Shown here one piece after another: positions 21,235 through 31,821 of a stretch of 64,000 nucleotides of DNA. The notes under the pieces are model-generated. The model searched no databases. It saw only the letters and a list, made by a program, of their open reading frames with translations, and was not told the origin of the DNA. The stretch is from Aulosira sp. ZfuVER01 (GTDB lineage: Bacteria; Cyanobacteriota; Cyanobacteriia; Cyanobacteriales; Nostocaceae). The translations under genes and the position numbers were made by a program. The DNA lies in NCBI GenBank assembly GCA_034530615.2, contig JAVRCV020000049.1, positions 128,001 through 192,000 of the forward strand, given 5' to 3'. Each line of letters opens with the position of its first letter. Position 1 is the stretch's first letter.

Positions 21235-22069
21235 GTAATACTTGCATATTCTACCAACACACTTGCGCGATCGCCCCAGCATCAATATGCAACTCAGAAT
21301 TGTCTTCATATTATCAACACAAACCAAATTGGGTAGGACAGAAAAATTAAATACTCCGTAAAGATGTCATGAATTATGTAGCTCTGGGGGCAAGAAATGT
21401 TAAGTTCTAACTAGCCAAAGCTATTTTATGCAAAATCAAAAGTTGAGTTAGATGAGACAAGTAGCCCTAAAACCTTTGAAGTATCTACCGCCTAAAGTTC
21501 ATCCCTCTCTTGAGATAGATTCATTAATTCTTATTTGTTGAGACAATCTCTTAGTTACTAATCACGTTCTGGGAAGCAAGCTTACTAAGACATATCGAAG
21601 TAGTTGTTCGGAGGCTATTGTGTTGAATTTACATTGAATCATCCGAATTGATTTGAACTCTTACCATACAGGTATAGCCTTAGGTAATACCTTAAAACTG
21701 CTACAGATGGAACCAAAGGGCAGATTGGTCAAACAGTGTAGTTTCTATACTACATACACTGTCCAGCCTAAGAGCAAAATTAAGAGGAAACACTTCATTA
21801 CTTACGTAGGTCTTGCCATTACTTGAAGTTTGAATTAAAAACTAATAGACAGTAGTACAAAAAACTCTTTAGCTGTAAAGCCTCGCAAAGTTAAAGAGAC
21901 ATAAAATTGTGTGCAGATATAACCTATCGATGTGTATGTGCATAGTACTGCTGGAGATAAAGTCTATTTCAGTGCTAGTCCAGGGCATAAAGTTTTTAAT
22001 CAACCTATCCGAATGTGCAATTAGGTCAACCGAAGATTATTGATGAATTAAATAATCACAGTAAAGTTT

Positions 22070-23509
22070 ATGACAATTAAAATTGTAACGAATACCCAAA
22101 TAAGAGATGTCCCTCTAGATTTACGAGCATCTGAATCTGTAAGAGTCAGAAAGGGTTTATGGTGGCTACGATTAACAACACTGGTTTCAATAGACTGTGC
22201 TGTTCTCTTCGCGGCTTGGATCTTAGGTAAATATCATACTCATGCTGTAGATTTTTCTTGGCAAACACCAAGTAGTTTTTCCCCAATATTGATGACCATT
22301 GCTATTCAAGTAGCAGCACTAGCGCTCCAAGGTAATTATCAGCCTGGTAAAAAGCGTTATGACTATTTCAACATTGTCAAAACACTTACTTTTGCCCACG
22401 GTTTAATATTAATTGCTGGTCTTTTATATCAACATCCTCTAGATATAACACGCTCAACATTAATATGGTCTTGGTTGCTCAGTACATTATTTGTTTGTAC
22501 TGGAAGAGCAGCAGCAGACATGACTCTTGAATATCTTCGCCACCGGAAAATTTTAGGGCAGTCTGCTGTTTTTATTATTTGCGAGCCTGAAGAAACTGAA
22601 AAGATTATTAGCCTTATTAAGAAAGAGAAGCGTTACGTAATTTGCGGAACGGCAAGTGCCAGATGCCTAGATAGATATTATCGCCAAGAAACCTTAGAAA
22701 AACTCAATCAGTTAGGAGTAACAGAAGTTTTTGTTGCTTGGAGTGCCATCAAAAATAGAATGTTTACTCGGTGGTTATTTCAAACATCTGGAATCACAAT
22801 ACATTTACTATCGGTGGAAATTAAAAACATCTATAGAAATGTAGAATTTAATCAAATTGGCGGCGTACCTTGTCTAAGTTTAGATTGTCCAATTATCACT
22901 AGTAAAGATTTTTGGATCAAGAGGAGTTTAGATTTTTGCGTAGCTGCGATCGTCATACTTTTATTACTTCCTGTCTACTTAGCGATCGCTATAGCAATCA
23001 AGGTAGATTCTCCTGGTTCAGTATTTTACAAGCAAACCCGTATTGGTTTACGTGGGAAACCTTTTAAAGTTTGGAAATTCCGCACCATGAGGTCTGATGC
23101 AGAGAAGTTGCAAAGAGATTTAGAAGCATTAAACGAGACCAAAGATGGTATTATCTTCAAGATTAAAAATGACCCAAGAATTACACGTGTTGGTGCATTT
23201 CTCCGTCGATATAGCTTAGATGAATTGCCTCAGCTTTTTAACGTGCTGTGTGGAGAAATGAGTTTGGTCGGGCCTCGACCTTTACCTACTAGAGACGTAG
23301 ATAAGTTTTCCGAACATCATTTTATTCGTCATGAAGTTTTACCTGGAATTACAGGACTTTGGCAAGTTTCAGGACGATCCGACATCTTAGATTTTGAACA
23401 AGTAATCAAGCTCGACCTTAACTACATTGAAAATTGGTCACTTTGGCTAGATTTTGAAATTTTACTCAGAACAGTTAAGGTAGTTCTTAATAAAGAAGGC
23501 GCTTACTAG
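22070..23509 (+). CDS. Initiating polyprenyl-phosphate sugar phosphotransferase (WcaJ/ExoY-like)
   Basis: N-terminal TMs; KR..D, KFRTM, DPRITRVG..LR..SLDELPQL.NV..GEMSLVGPRP. Confidence 0.93.
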   Translation: MTIKIVTNTQIRDVPLDLRASESVRVRKGLWWLRLTTLVSIDCAVLFAAWILGKYHTHAVDFSWQTPSSFSPILMTIAIQVAALALQGNYQPGKKRYDYFNIVKTLTFAHGLILIAGLLYQHPLDITRSTLIWSWLLSTLFVCTGRAAADMTLEYLRHRKILGQSAVFIICEPEETEKIISLIKKEKRYVICGTASARCLDRYYRQETLEKLNQLGVTEVFVAWSAIKNRMFTRWLFQTSGITIHLLSVEIKNIYRNVEFNQIGGVPCLSLDCPIITSKDFWIKRSLDFCVAAIVILLLLPVYLAIAIAIKVDSPGSVFYKQTRIGLRGKPFKVWKFRTMRSDAEKLQRDLEALNETKDGIIFKIKNDPRITRVGAFLRRYSLDELPQLFNVLCGEMSLVGPRPLPTRDVDKFSEHHFIRHEVLPGITGLWQVSGRSDILDFEQVIKLDLNYIENWSLWLDFEILLRTVKVVLNKEGAY

Positions 23510-23689
23510 GACTAAACACACCTGAGATATCAATAGTTAATAAACATATCTCAGCATTTTAAACTTAGCTACGCTTTACTATTTTTGTGTAAAAAATATA
23601 CTGTAAATCCAGCTATTTTAGCTGACATTTACAACAGATGGAAAATCTCAAGTGACCTGACATTATTTATTACTACAGTTCTCTTATTT

Positions 23690-24712
23690 ATGAAACCAAA
23701 AGTATCTGTGATCGTTCCTGCTTACAATACTGAAGCTTATATCGCTCGAGCCATAGAGTCAGTTTTACAGCAAACTATGAGCGATCTCGAAGTGATTGTC
23801 GTAGATGATGCTTCTACCGATAGAACTGTCGAAATAGCTAGAAGTTTTACTGACAAGCGACTTAAGGTATTAGTAAACGAACAAAATCTTGGTGCAAGTG
23901 GTGCGCGTAATCGTGCTTTGAGAGAAGCTCAAGGTGAATGGGTTGCTGTTCTTGATTCAGATGATTGGTATGCACCTGAGCGATTAGCAAAACTTGTGCA
24001 TATTGCAGACACAGAAAATGCCGACATGATTGCTGATGACTTATATCTTATACAAGATGGTCAAGATTCCCCTTGGAGCACATTAATTCGTCAAAGTGGT
24101 GAGAATATTAATCAGCTAAAAATAATTGACCCTGTATATTTTGCCAAAACAGATTTGTATGGCAAACCTGGGTTACATCTGGGAATATCAAAGCCTTTAT
24201 TCAAACGCGATTTTCTCATTAAAAATGGTATTAAGTATGACAGAAATTTAACCGTAGTTCAAGACTTTTGGTTAGATATGTATTGTCTAATCAACGGAGC
24301 AAAGTTTGTACTTGTACCAGAGCCATATTATTTTTATCGTTCCCGCCAAGGTTCTCTAACTTTATCCAACAATCCATTAAATAGGCAAAGAAATTTAGAG
24401 CAATGTTGCCGTAAAATTTCAGCTTTTCTTGTAGAAGAAGATATTTTTAATGTAAATCCTGAATTAGGTCGTGCCTTATCTAAAAATCTTCGTGTTTTCC
24501 AAAGAAACTTAGCTTATTATCGCGTTGCGGGAAATATTAAGCAGAAAAAATTGTTACGTAGCTTGGTTGAAATAATTCGTAATCCCTCTTTTTTTGTAGA
24601 GGTTATTCTCCGATTACCAGGGATAGTTGGTCGCAGAATTCAATACTATCTACTTGGTAATAAATTAGCATTTAACGTCATATATGCTTCTAAAAGTAAG
24701 AGAAGTACATAA
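23690..24712 (+). CDS. GT2 glycosyltransferase (ExoO/ExoU-like)
   Basis: VSVIVPAYN, VDDASTD, ARN.AL, LDSDD, LG..KPLF.RDFL; ATG 23690 preferred. Confidence 0.88.
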   Translation: MKPKVSVIVPAYNTEAYIARAIESVLQQTMSDLEVIVVDDASTDRTVEIARSFTDKRLKVLVNEQNLGASGARNRALREAQGEWVAVLDSDDWYAPERLAKLVHIADTENADMIADDLYLIQDGQDSPWSTLIRQSGENINQLKIIDPVYFAKTDLYGKPGLHLGISKPLFKRDFLIKNGIKYDRNLTVVQDFWLDMYCLINGAKFVLVPEPYYFYRSRQGSLTLSNNPLNRQRNLEQCCRKISAFLVEEDIFNVNPELGRALSKNLRVFQRNLAYYRVAGNIKQKKLLRSLVEIIRNPSFFVEVILRLPGIVGRRIQYYLLGNKLAFNVIYASKSKRST

Positions 24713-24811
24713 AAGCTATTTCTATTGAAAAATTTAGGCCAAATGTGACAGTCTTTAGGTAAGTCAGTCGGTTGCATGAAAAATTCTATACTATCTTACA
24801 CAAGATAAATA

Positions 24812-26260
24812 ATGGCACAACCAAAAGTACTAAAAAATTCTCTGTCACTTTTAATCAATCGTTTGACACAAGGGATTACAACCTTTATATTAACTGCTGC
24901 TATAGCTCGTAATTTAGGAGCTTATTCTTTAGGGCAATACCTACTAGCAGTCAGCTATTACTACATCTTTGTCAACTTTGCTTCCCAAGCTTTAAAGACT
25001 TTGTTTACACGAGAATTAGCTCGTTCACCAGAAGAAACACCTCTTTATTTGGTAAGCGGTAGTTTCTTGCAGTTAATTCTTAGTATTTTAGGTTATGTAG
25101 GACTTGTGATTTGGGTATTTGTATTACCCTACAGTCCTGATACCTCACTTGTCTGTTACATCATGGGCTTAACAATTGTGCCCTTTGCACTTTCTAATAT
25201 TACAGAGGCCGTTTTCCAATCCCAAGAGAAAATGCATCTGATAACTATTTCTACAGTGCCAATTTACATCCTGCGTTTATTAGTAATGCTTTGGGCAATG
25301 CAGCTGCACTATGGAGTTGTATATCTTGCAGGAATATTGATGATTTCAGAATCTATAATTCTGGTCATCGAATGGTTAATACTCACAAAAATGATTAAAC
25401 CTCAATGGCAGATTAAGCGAGATTTTATTTGGAAGACTCTCAAGACTGCTCGGACATTTTTCGCGATTGAAGGCGTCGGTATTATTGCTAGTAAGTTAGA
25501 TGTACTTATCCTCTCTCTTTTAGGTAACGAGTTCTTGATTGGTCTTTATGGCGCTGTAGTTCAATTGATGCAGCCATTTTCTATCGTTGCTAATAGTGCA
25601 AATATGGCAGCATTTCCAACTATGTCAAAGGCAGTAGCCTTGGGAAAGGAAAAACAGCGTCAGTCTACAGAAAATATCATTGAAGTTCTACTTTGTATGG
25701 GACTGCCTTTTGCAGTTGGTCTGTGGTTCTTTGGTGAAGAACTATTATTATTTGTTTATAAAGATAAAAACTTTTTGCAGGCAGAAGTAATTTTACATCT
25801 TATTTCCTTGACAATTATTGCGTCAACCTTTTGTCGTGCACTCAGTAATTTGTTAATAGCGAATGGCTTAGAAAAATTTAATCTAGTGGAAGTAGCTGTA
25901 ACATCTACAGCCGGAGGTTTAGCGGGTGTAATCTTGATTCCCCACTTTAAGCTAGTAGGTGCAGCATCGATGGCTTTAGTAATGACTTTTAGTAGCTTTA
26001 GTTTATATATGTATACTGCCTACCGTCGCTTGTTTGCATTGCGATTATGGCAAGTTTTCCGTCGTCCGCTGCTAATTACCTGTTTAATGTCAGGTGTATT
26101 TTTTATACTTCAAAAGCTTGCTCTAGACTTCTTATTAACCTTGATTATCTCGATTTCTACTTACGGTTTGTTAATAGGTTTAATGGCAGTTCATCAAGTT
26201 GGAGGATGGAATAAGATAAAGCAAAAGATTTTTAAGCAGAGTAACTATGCTGAAAAATAA
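24812..26260 (+). CDS. wzx: Wzx-type polysaccharide flippase
   Basis: 482 aa, many hydrophobic segments, ARNLG...GQY and D..ILS......G.Y MOP-family motifs; cluster context. Confidence 0.85.
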   Translation: MAQPKVLKNSLSLLINRLTQGITTFILTAAIARNLGAYSLGQYLLAVSYYYIFVNFASQALKTLFTRELARSPEETPLYLVSGSFLQLILSILGYVGLVIWVFVLPYSPDTSLVCYIMGLTIVPFALSNITEAVFQSQEKMHLITISTVPIYILRLLVMLWAMQLHYGVVYLAGILMISESIILVIEWLILTKMIKPQWQIKRDFIWKTLKTARTFFAIEGVGIIASKLDVLILSLLGNEFLIGLYGAVVQLMQPFSIVANSANMAAFPTMSKAVALGKEKQRQSTENIIEVLLCMGLPFAVGLWFFGEELLLFVYKDKNFLQAEVILHLISLTIIASTFCRALSNLLIANGLEKFNLVEVAVTSTAGGLAGVILIPHFKLVGAASMALVMTFSSFSLYMYTAYRRLFALRLWQVFRRPLLITCLMSGVFFILQKLALDFLLTLIISISTYGLLIGLMAVHQVGGWNKIKQKIFKQSNYAEK

Positions 26261-26422
26261 CAATTCTATAGGTTCGATTGACCTACTTTTACTTGTAAAT
26301 AAGGCTATGTAAAAATTAGCTAGCACAAATAAGCAATTCCCTGCATTTGGCTAACTAACCGAAAACTAAGCTTCCCGAAACAATCAAAAATTCATTTAAT
26401 TAGTTTTAAACTTATAAATCTA

Positions 26423-27529
26423 ATGGCTCCTAGAGTTGCACTGCTAAATTTTTGCTTTGATGATTATACTATTGAGCTAGCCAATAGTTTAGTCAACTAT
26501 GTTGATTTAACATTAATTCAACAAGAGAAAAGTGCTGAGACTTGTCGAGGCGTTCTTGATGAGCGTATCCCTGTGCTGAGGTTTGAAAAACCTGCCATGC
26601 GTAATCCCAAGAATATATTCGCTATGGCAGAAATGGTGCGCTTGATTCGAGAAGTTAACCCTGATGTTCTGCATGTCCAAGAAGCATACGATATTTGGTA
26701 TTTATTAACGATTTTGCTCAAGAAAATGCCACCTTTGGTGACAACTATTCATGATGTATTTAGCCACCCAGGTGATGGAGAAACAGTATTTGGTTCTGAG
26801 TATACTCGCCCTATTTCTTTTCGTAATTCGCAACAATTGATTGTCCATACTCAGCAACATAAACAAACTCTAAATCAGCAATTTCGTATACCTGAAGAAC
26901 AAATCAATGTTTTACCACATGGTGAACTCGGTAGTTTATATCAACGCCGCAGCCCGAAAGTAAACCTGCCAAGAGAGCCATATACCTTACTATTTTTTGG
27001 GCGAATTTGGCCATACAAAGGCTTAAAATATTTGCTGCAAGCCATACCATTAGTCGCTGAACGTTTTCCAGAGGTAAAGCTGATTATTGCTGGCAGAGGC
27101 GAAAATATTAATCAATATTTTCCTCATGGCTATGACGAACAACGCTATGAAATTATGAATAATTACATTTCTTACGAAGATGTAGTGAGATTATTTGAAC
27201 GCAGTACAGCTACAGTTTTACCTTATATTGAAGCATCTCAAAGTGGTGTAGCAGCATTATCTTATGGGATGGGAACGCCAATCATTGCTTCGGAAATAGG
27301 CGGTTTAAAAGAGATAGTTAGACACGGAGAGGATGGTTTTTTGGTTCCGCCTGGTGATGTTCAAGCACTGGCTGATGCAATTATAGATCTGTTGAGCGAT
27401 CGCCAGTTGCAACAGAAAATGCAAATAGCGGCACTATCTCGCTCTAAAAATGACTTAAACTGGTCAAATATTGCTGCGCAAACAGTAGAAGTCTACGAAA
27501 AGTTATTGCATAATACTAAAAGTATTTAA
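26423..27529 (+). CDS. GT4 glycosyltransferase
   Basis: TIHDV..HPG, FFGRI.PYKG, VLPY.EASQSGV...A. Confidence 0.9.
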   Translation: MAPRVALLNFCFDDYTIELANSLVNYVDLTLIQQEKSAETCRGVLDERIPVLRFEKPAMRNPKNIFAMAEMVRLIREVNPDVLHVQEAYDIWYLLTILLKKMPPLVTTIHDVFSHPGDGETVFGSEYTRPISFRNSQQLIVHTQQHKQTLNQQFRIPEEQINVLPHGELGSLYQRRSPKVNLPREPYTLLFFGRIWPYKGLKYLLQAIPLVAERFPEVKLIIAGRGENINQYFPHGYDEQRYEIMNNYISYEDVVRLFERSTATVLPYIEASQSGVAALSYGMGTPIIASEIGGLKEIVRHGEDGFLVPPGDVQALADAIIDLLSDRQLQQKMQIAALSRSKNDLNWSNIAAQTVEVYEKLLHNTKSI

Positions 27530-27536
27530 TATAAAT

Positions 27537-28829
27537 ATGAGAAAAATTCTGCTTTTTTCCGAGCAAGTATTTACGGTGTTTACGTTGCTAGTTTATTCTG
27601 GAGGTCTTTTAATACTGATACTTTCAGGAGGAGCAAACGAAACAGATACAACCGTTAATTATGATACTAGTGTATATCAATTAATATGCGTATTAATATA
27701 TCTAGTTACATTATTTCTTTTACTTCTCCGTTGGAAGAGCACAATTTATGTATTAACACAAAATAAATTAATTTGGCTATTGGTAGGGCTTAGTTTATTT
27801 TCTATACTTTGGTCTTTTGCACCTGGAACAACAATAAAAGATAGTCTTAGGCTGATTGGCTCAAGCCTATTCGGAGTTTACTTTGCCAGCCGCTATACTC
27901 TCAAACAGCAAATGCAACTATTAGCTTGGATGTGCGGTATTGCCATAGTCCTGAGTTTTATATTTGCTGTGGCATTACCCAAATACGGAATTATGGGCGG
28001 AGTACATGCAGGTAAATGGCGGGGCATATTTGTCCATAAAAATGGTCTAGGTGCCAGTATGCTCAACAGCAGCATTGTATTTTTATTGATGGCTGTTGGA
28101 TTTAAAAAAAATCGCCAATTTTTCTGGCTGGGTTTCGGTTTATCTGTACTGCTCATATTACTTTCTAGTTCAACTTCAGCATTGATTAATTTAGCAATGC
28201 TAATAGTTTTATTCGTAGCTTTACGAGCTTTATGGTTGCCATATTATGTAATGATACCTGCGATTTTAGGTATAGCAATCATAGGCGAAATTATCTATTT
28301 TGGATTCACCAATAGTGCAGATTTAATATTTGGTCTCTTTGGTAAGAGTTCAAATCTTAGTGGTCGCGGAGATCTATGGTCTTACGTGTTTGACATGATT
28401 TGGAAACAGCCTTGGTTAGGGTATGGATATGGTGGCTTTTGGAACGGCTGGAATGGAGAGTCTGCTTATATTTGGCGTGTTCAAGCTTGGACTCCCACCC
28501 ATCCACATAATGGATTTTTAGCTATATGGTTAGATTTGGGTTTATTAGGGCTTTCAATATTCTTTTTAGGCTTTGTCATCAATTACATCCAGTCCCTGGC
28601 TTTTGTTCGTGTTAGTAGAAAGATAGAAGCTTTTTTTCCGGTAATGCACATGACTGCTTTATTACTCACAAATTTGACGGAAACGGCATTACTAGGAACT
28701 GATAGTATTACTTGGATTATTTATATCGCCTTAGCTGCCTCAATGAAAATAGAAATGAACGAATTCATGAAGAGGAAAAATTTCTATAGTATTCATCAGC
28801 AACAACAAAATTACTTGATTCAAGGTTAA
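27537..28829 (+). CDS. Wzy polymerase / O-antigen ligase family (ExoQ-like)
   Basis: Polytopic; WRG.F.HKN.LG, LSGR..LW, PWLGYGY..FW, HPHNG. Confidence 0.85.
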   Translation: MRKILLFSEQVFTVFTLLVYSGGLLILILSGGANETDTTVNYDTSVYQLICVLIYLVTLFLLLLRWKSTIYVLTQNKLIWLLVGLSLFSILWSFAPGTTIKDSLRLIGSSLFGVYFASRYTLKQQMQLLAWMCGIAIVLSFIFAVALPKYGIMGGVHAGKWRGIFVHKNGLGASMLNSSIVFLLMAVGFKKNRQFFWLGFGLSVLLILLSSSTSALINLAMLIVLFVALRALWLPYYVMIPAILGIAIIGEIIYFGFTNSADLIFGLFGKSSNLSGRGDLWSYVFDMIWKQPWLGYGYGGFWNGWNGESAYIWRVQAWTPTHPHNGFLAIWLDLGLLGLSIFFLGFVINYIQSLAFVRVSRKIEAFFPVMHMTALLLTNLTETALLGTDSITWIIYIALAASMKIEMNEFMKRKNFYSIHQQQQNYLIQG

Positions 28830-28838
28830 TAAACAACA

Positions 28839-29930
28839 ATGCGAATACTAATGTTGGGAGCTAGCTTACAACAAAATGGAGGAATAGCAACTGTTGAAAA
28901 ATTGATAATTCAACATATTGCTCCTAATATTAAAATTCAGCATATTACTACCCATGATGAGGGTTCAATTTCTCACAGACTTGTAGTGTTTGGTAAGGCT
29001 GTTGCAAAGTTGCTGTGGAGTCTTTTCAGCCAAAAAATCGCTCTGGTACATATTCATCTTTCTGATGGTGGTAGCGTTTTACGCAAAGCTATTTTGGTAC
29101 TTTTGGCTGCAATATTCGGTAAACCTGTATTAATGCACGCTCATGGGGCTGAATTCCATGTAACTTATCAAAAGCTACCTAAATGGGCACAGCAAGCTGT
29201 CAGTTGGGTATTTCGTCAGTGCCAAGGATTTATTGTCCTCTCAAGAACCTGGCAAGATTACTATGTTGCGAACCTGGGGTTAAATCCAAAGCAAGTTATT
29301 GTTATGCCTAACCCTACCCAACTACCTGCACAGGTTCCCAATCGTCAAAATCCTACTCAGATTAATGTAGTGTTTTGCGGGCGAGTAGGTCAGCGCAAAG
29401 GAGCTTTTGATTTAATCGAGGCATTTGCCAAATTACCCGATCGCCAAAAACAATCCACTCGATTAATTCTGGCAGGCGATGGCGAGATTGCCAAAGCACA
29501 GCAGCTAGCAGCTAGTCTCAACCTAACAGAACAAGTGACTTTTCTGGGTTGGATTAATTCTCAGCAAAGAGATGAGTTGTTATCTCAGGCAGATATGTTT
29601 GTTCTGCCTTCCTATAACGAAGGTCTGCCAATGGCCATCCTAGAAGCTATGGGCTGGGGTTTGCCCATAATTGCCACACCTGTAGGAGGGATACCAGAAT
29701 TAGTAATTGCCAAACAAAACGGACTGTTAGTTACTCCCGGTAATATTCAACAGTTATCACAAGCAATGGAGTTGTTAATTGCCGATGAAAACTTACGGCT
29801 CTCTCTAGGTACAGTTGCTAGAAAAAATGTTGAAAAATTTGATATTAGAAATTATTGCCATCATTTAGCTGAAATCTATTATTCATTATCAGAATTGCAT
29901 CAAACAAAGGAGGTAGTTCATGAGAATTAA
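28839..29930 (+). CDS. GT4 glycosyltransferase
   Basis: GR...RKG, FVLPSYNEGLP..ILEAM..GLP.I...VGGIPE. Confidence 0.92.
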   Translation: MRILMLGASLQQNGGIATVEKLIIQHIAPNIKIQHITTHDEGSISHRLVVFGKAVAKLLWSLFSQKIALVHIHLSDGGSVLRKAILVLLAAIFGKPVLMHAHGAEFHVTYQKLPKWAQQAVSWVFRQCQGFIVLSRTWQDYYVANLGLNPKQVIVMPNPTQLPAQVPNRQNPTQINVVFCGRVGQRKGAFDLIEAFAKLPDRQKQSTRLILAGDGEIAKAQQLAASLNLTEQVTFLGWINSQQRDELLSQADMFVLPSYNEGLPMAILEAMGWGLPIIATPVGGIPELVIAKQNGLLVTPGNIQQLSQAMELLIADENLRLSLGTVARKNVEKFDIRNYCHHLAEIYYSLSELHQTKEVVHEN

Positions 29931-30678
29931 TATTTGTGGCGTGGAAATCGATAAATATAGTTTTAACGAAGTTGTTAACCAAATTGTTGCTCATGCGCTA
30001 TCAAAAGGTAGACCAGAATATGTTGTGACTCCTAATGCCATGCATATTTTGTCCTTGCAAAAAGATGCCTTTTTTAGAGAGATTTATCGTCAGGCTTTTT
30101 TAGTTGTGCCAGATGGTGTTTCCTTATTGTGGGCAGCTAAGTTTTTGCAAACTCCCCTTAAAGGTAGAGTAAATGGCACAGATTTATTTGAAAAACTCTG
30201 TGCTATTGCAGCAGAAAAAGGATTAAGAGTCTTTTTATTGGGTGGCCGTCCTGGAGCCGCTGAACAAGCCAAACAAAAGTTAAAAGCTAGACATCCTAAT
30301 TTAGATATTGTGGGTACTTATTGTCCTCCTTATGGATTTGAGTCCCAGCCAGAAGAATTAGAATCGATTAACGCCAAAATTAAAGCTGCATCTCCCGATA
30401 TTCTCTTTGTTGGCTTAGGCGCACCCAAGCAAGAAAAATGGATAGCTAATAATTATTTAGAGCTAAAAGTGCCAATTTCTATCGGAATTGGCGTTAGCTT
30501 TGAGCTAGTTGCCGATATGGTTAGAAGAGCGCCAGTTTGGATGCAGAAAGCAGGCTTAGAATGGTTATTTCGCTTAATTGTTGAGCCTAGCCGTTTGTGG
30601 AAACGATATATCTTGGGTAATCCTACATTTATTTGGTTGGTACTAAAGCAACGCTTTGGTGCATTGAAGTTTAACTAA
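29920..30678 (+). CDS. WecB/TagA/CpsF (GT26) glycosyltransferase
   Basis: VVTPN, PDG, R.NG.DL, GLGAPKQEKW, RAP.WMQK.GLEW.FRL..EP.RLWKRY; overlaps upstream gene. Confidence 0.93.
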   Translation: MRINICGVEIDKYSFNEVVNQIVAHALSKGRPEYVVTPNAMHILSLQKDAFFREIYRQAFLVVPDGVSLLWAAKFLQTPLKGRVNGTDLFEKLCAIAAEKGLRVFLLGGRPGAAEQAKQKLKARHPNLDIVGTYCPPYGFESQPEELESINAKIKAASPDILFVGLGAPKQEKWIANNYLELKVPISIGIGVSFELVADMVRRAPVWMQKAGLEWLFRLIVEPSRLWKRYILGNPTFIWLVLKQRFGALKFN

Positions 30679-30720
30679 TCATCAATATCATAATTTTGCT
30701 GAAATTAAGAGGGTAAGAAA

Positions 30721-31776
30721 TTGAAAATAAGTATTGGGATACTCGCCTATAATGAGGCGAATTGTATTAGCAACACGCTGCAATCTCTATTTCAACAAAG
30801 CATATTTAAAGAGGTTGATACCAACACAGCAATTGAAGTTGTGGTAGTGCCCAATGGTTGTAGTGATGACACAGCTGCGATCGCCAGTAATACATTACAA
30901 AATTTGGTGCAGTCTGCTGCTAATCCTTCTGTATCTTGGAGTGTCTGCGAAGTTAAAGAAGCAGGTAAGCCAAATGCTTGGAATCATTACGTCCATGAGT
31001 TTTCCGATTCCAACGCTGACTATATGTTTCTAATGGATGCGGACATTCAGTTTCTTGCACCTACCACTCTTTACTCAATGGTTGAGACTCTGGAAGTCAA
31101 TCCCAATGCTTGGGTATCTGTAGATACTTTGGTTAAGGACGTGGCTCTGAAGCAGCAAAAAAGCCTCATAGATAAATTGTCTCTTGCTGCGTCACGAATA
31201 TCGGGAGCTAAATCAGTTTGGATCTGCGGACAGCTGTACTGTTCTCGCGCTTCTGTATTACGCAGAATTTGGATGCCCAAAGGTATTGAGGTTGAAGACG
31301 GTTTCGTGTGGAAAATGGTTGTCACCGATTTGTTGACTTCACCAGAAATGCCAGAACGAGTAGTGCGTGCTAATTCTGCATCTCATGTTTTTGAAGCTTA
31401 CACCGATATAAGTCGTTTATTGCGGCACGAACAATGGTTGATTTTAGCTAACACAATCAATACATTTATCTATAACGATTTACAGTCAAGTTGCAACAAG
31501 CTGCAAGATGCTGGTGCGATCGTTAAGTTGAGAAACGAACAAGACCCTTCTTGGGTAAGTAAGCTGATTCAGTCAAAGGTGTCTCAAAAGAATGGATGGG
31601 CTATCCCTGAGTGGTTGCTACTGCGCCGATTTAAGAGCCTCTTCAATTTATCCTTACATAAGGCATTAATCTTTTTTCCCATTGCCATCACAGCGTTTCT
31701 TGTAGACTTATTAGTTTGTTTCCAAGCTAATAATCGACTGCACAGGTGGGAGGAATATAGTTCTAACAAAACTTGA
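30721..31776 (+). CDS. GT2 glycosyltransferase
   Basis: ISIGILAYNE, VVPNGCSDDT, GKPNAWN, LMDAD. Confidence 0.82.
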   Translation: MKISIGILAYNEANCISNTLQSLFQQSIFKEVDTNTAIEVVVVPNGCSDDTAAIASNTLQNLVQSAANPSVSWSVCEVKEAGKPNAWNHYVHEFSDSNADYMFLMDADIQFLAPTTLYSMVETLEVNPNAWVSVDTLVKDVALKQQKSLIDKLSLAASRISGAKSVWICGQLYCSRASVLRRIWMPKGIEVEDGFVWKMVVTDLLTSPEMPERVVRANSASHVFEAYTDISRLLRHEQWLILANTINTFIYNDLQSSCNKLQDAGAIVKLRNEQDPSWVSKLIQSKVSQKNGWAIPEWLLLRRFKSLFNLSLHKALIFFPIAITAFLVDLLVCFQANNRLHRWEEYSSNKT

Positions 31777-31821
31777 TCCTCTGTAGTGAAGAAAAACGCT
31801 TATCCAGGAGATTAATTAGCA

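Noticed and set aside
21485..21492. ops-like GGCGGTAG upstream of the EPS cluster
   Set aside because: It lies on the minus strand, opposite to the cluster, and has no JUMPstart context.
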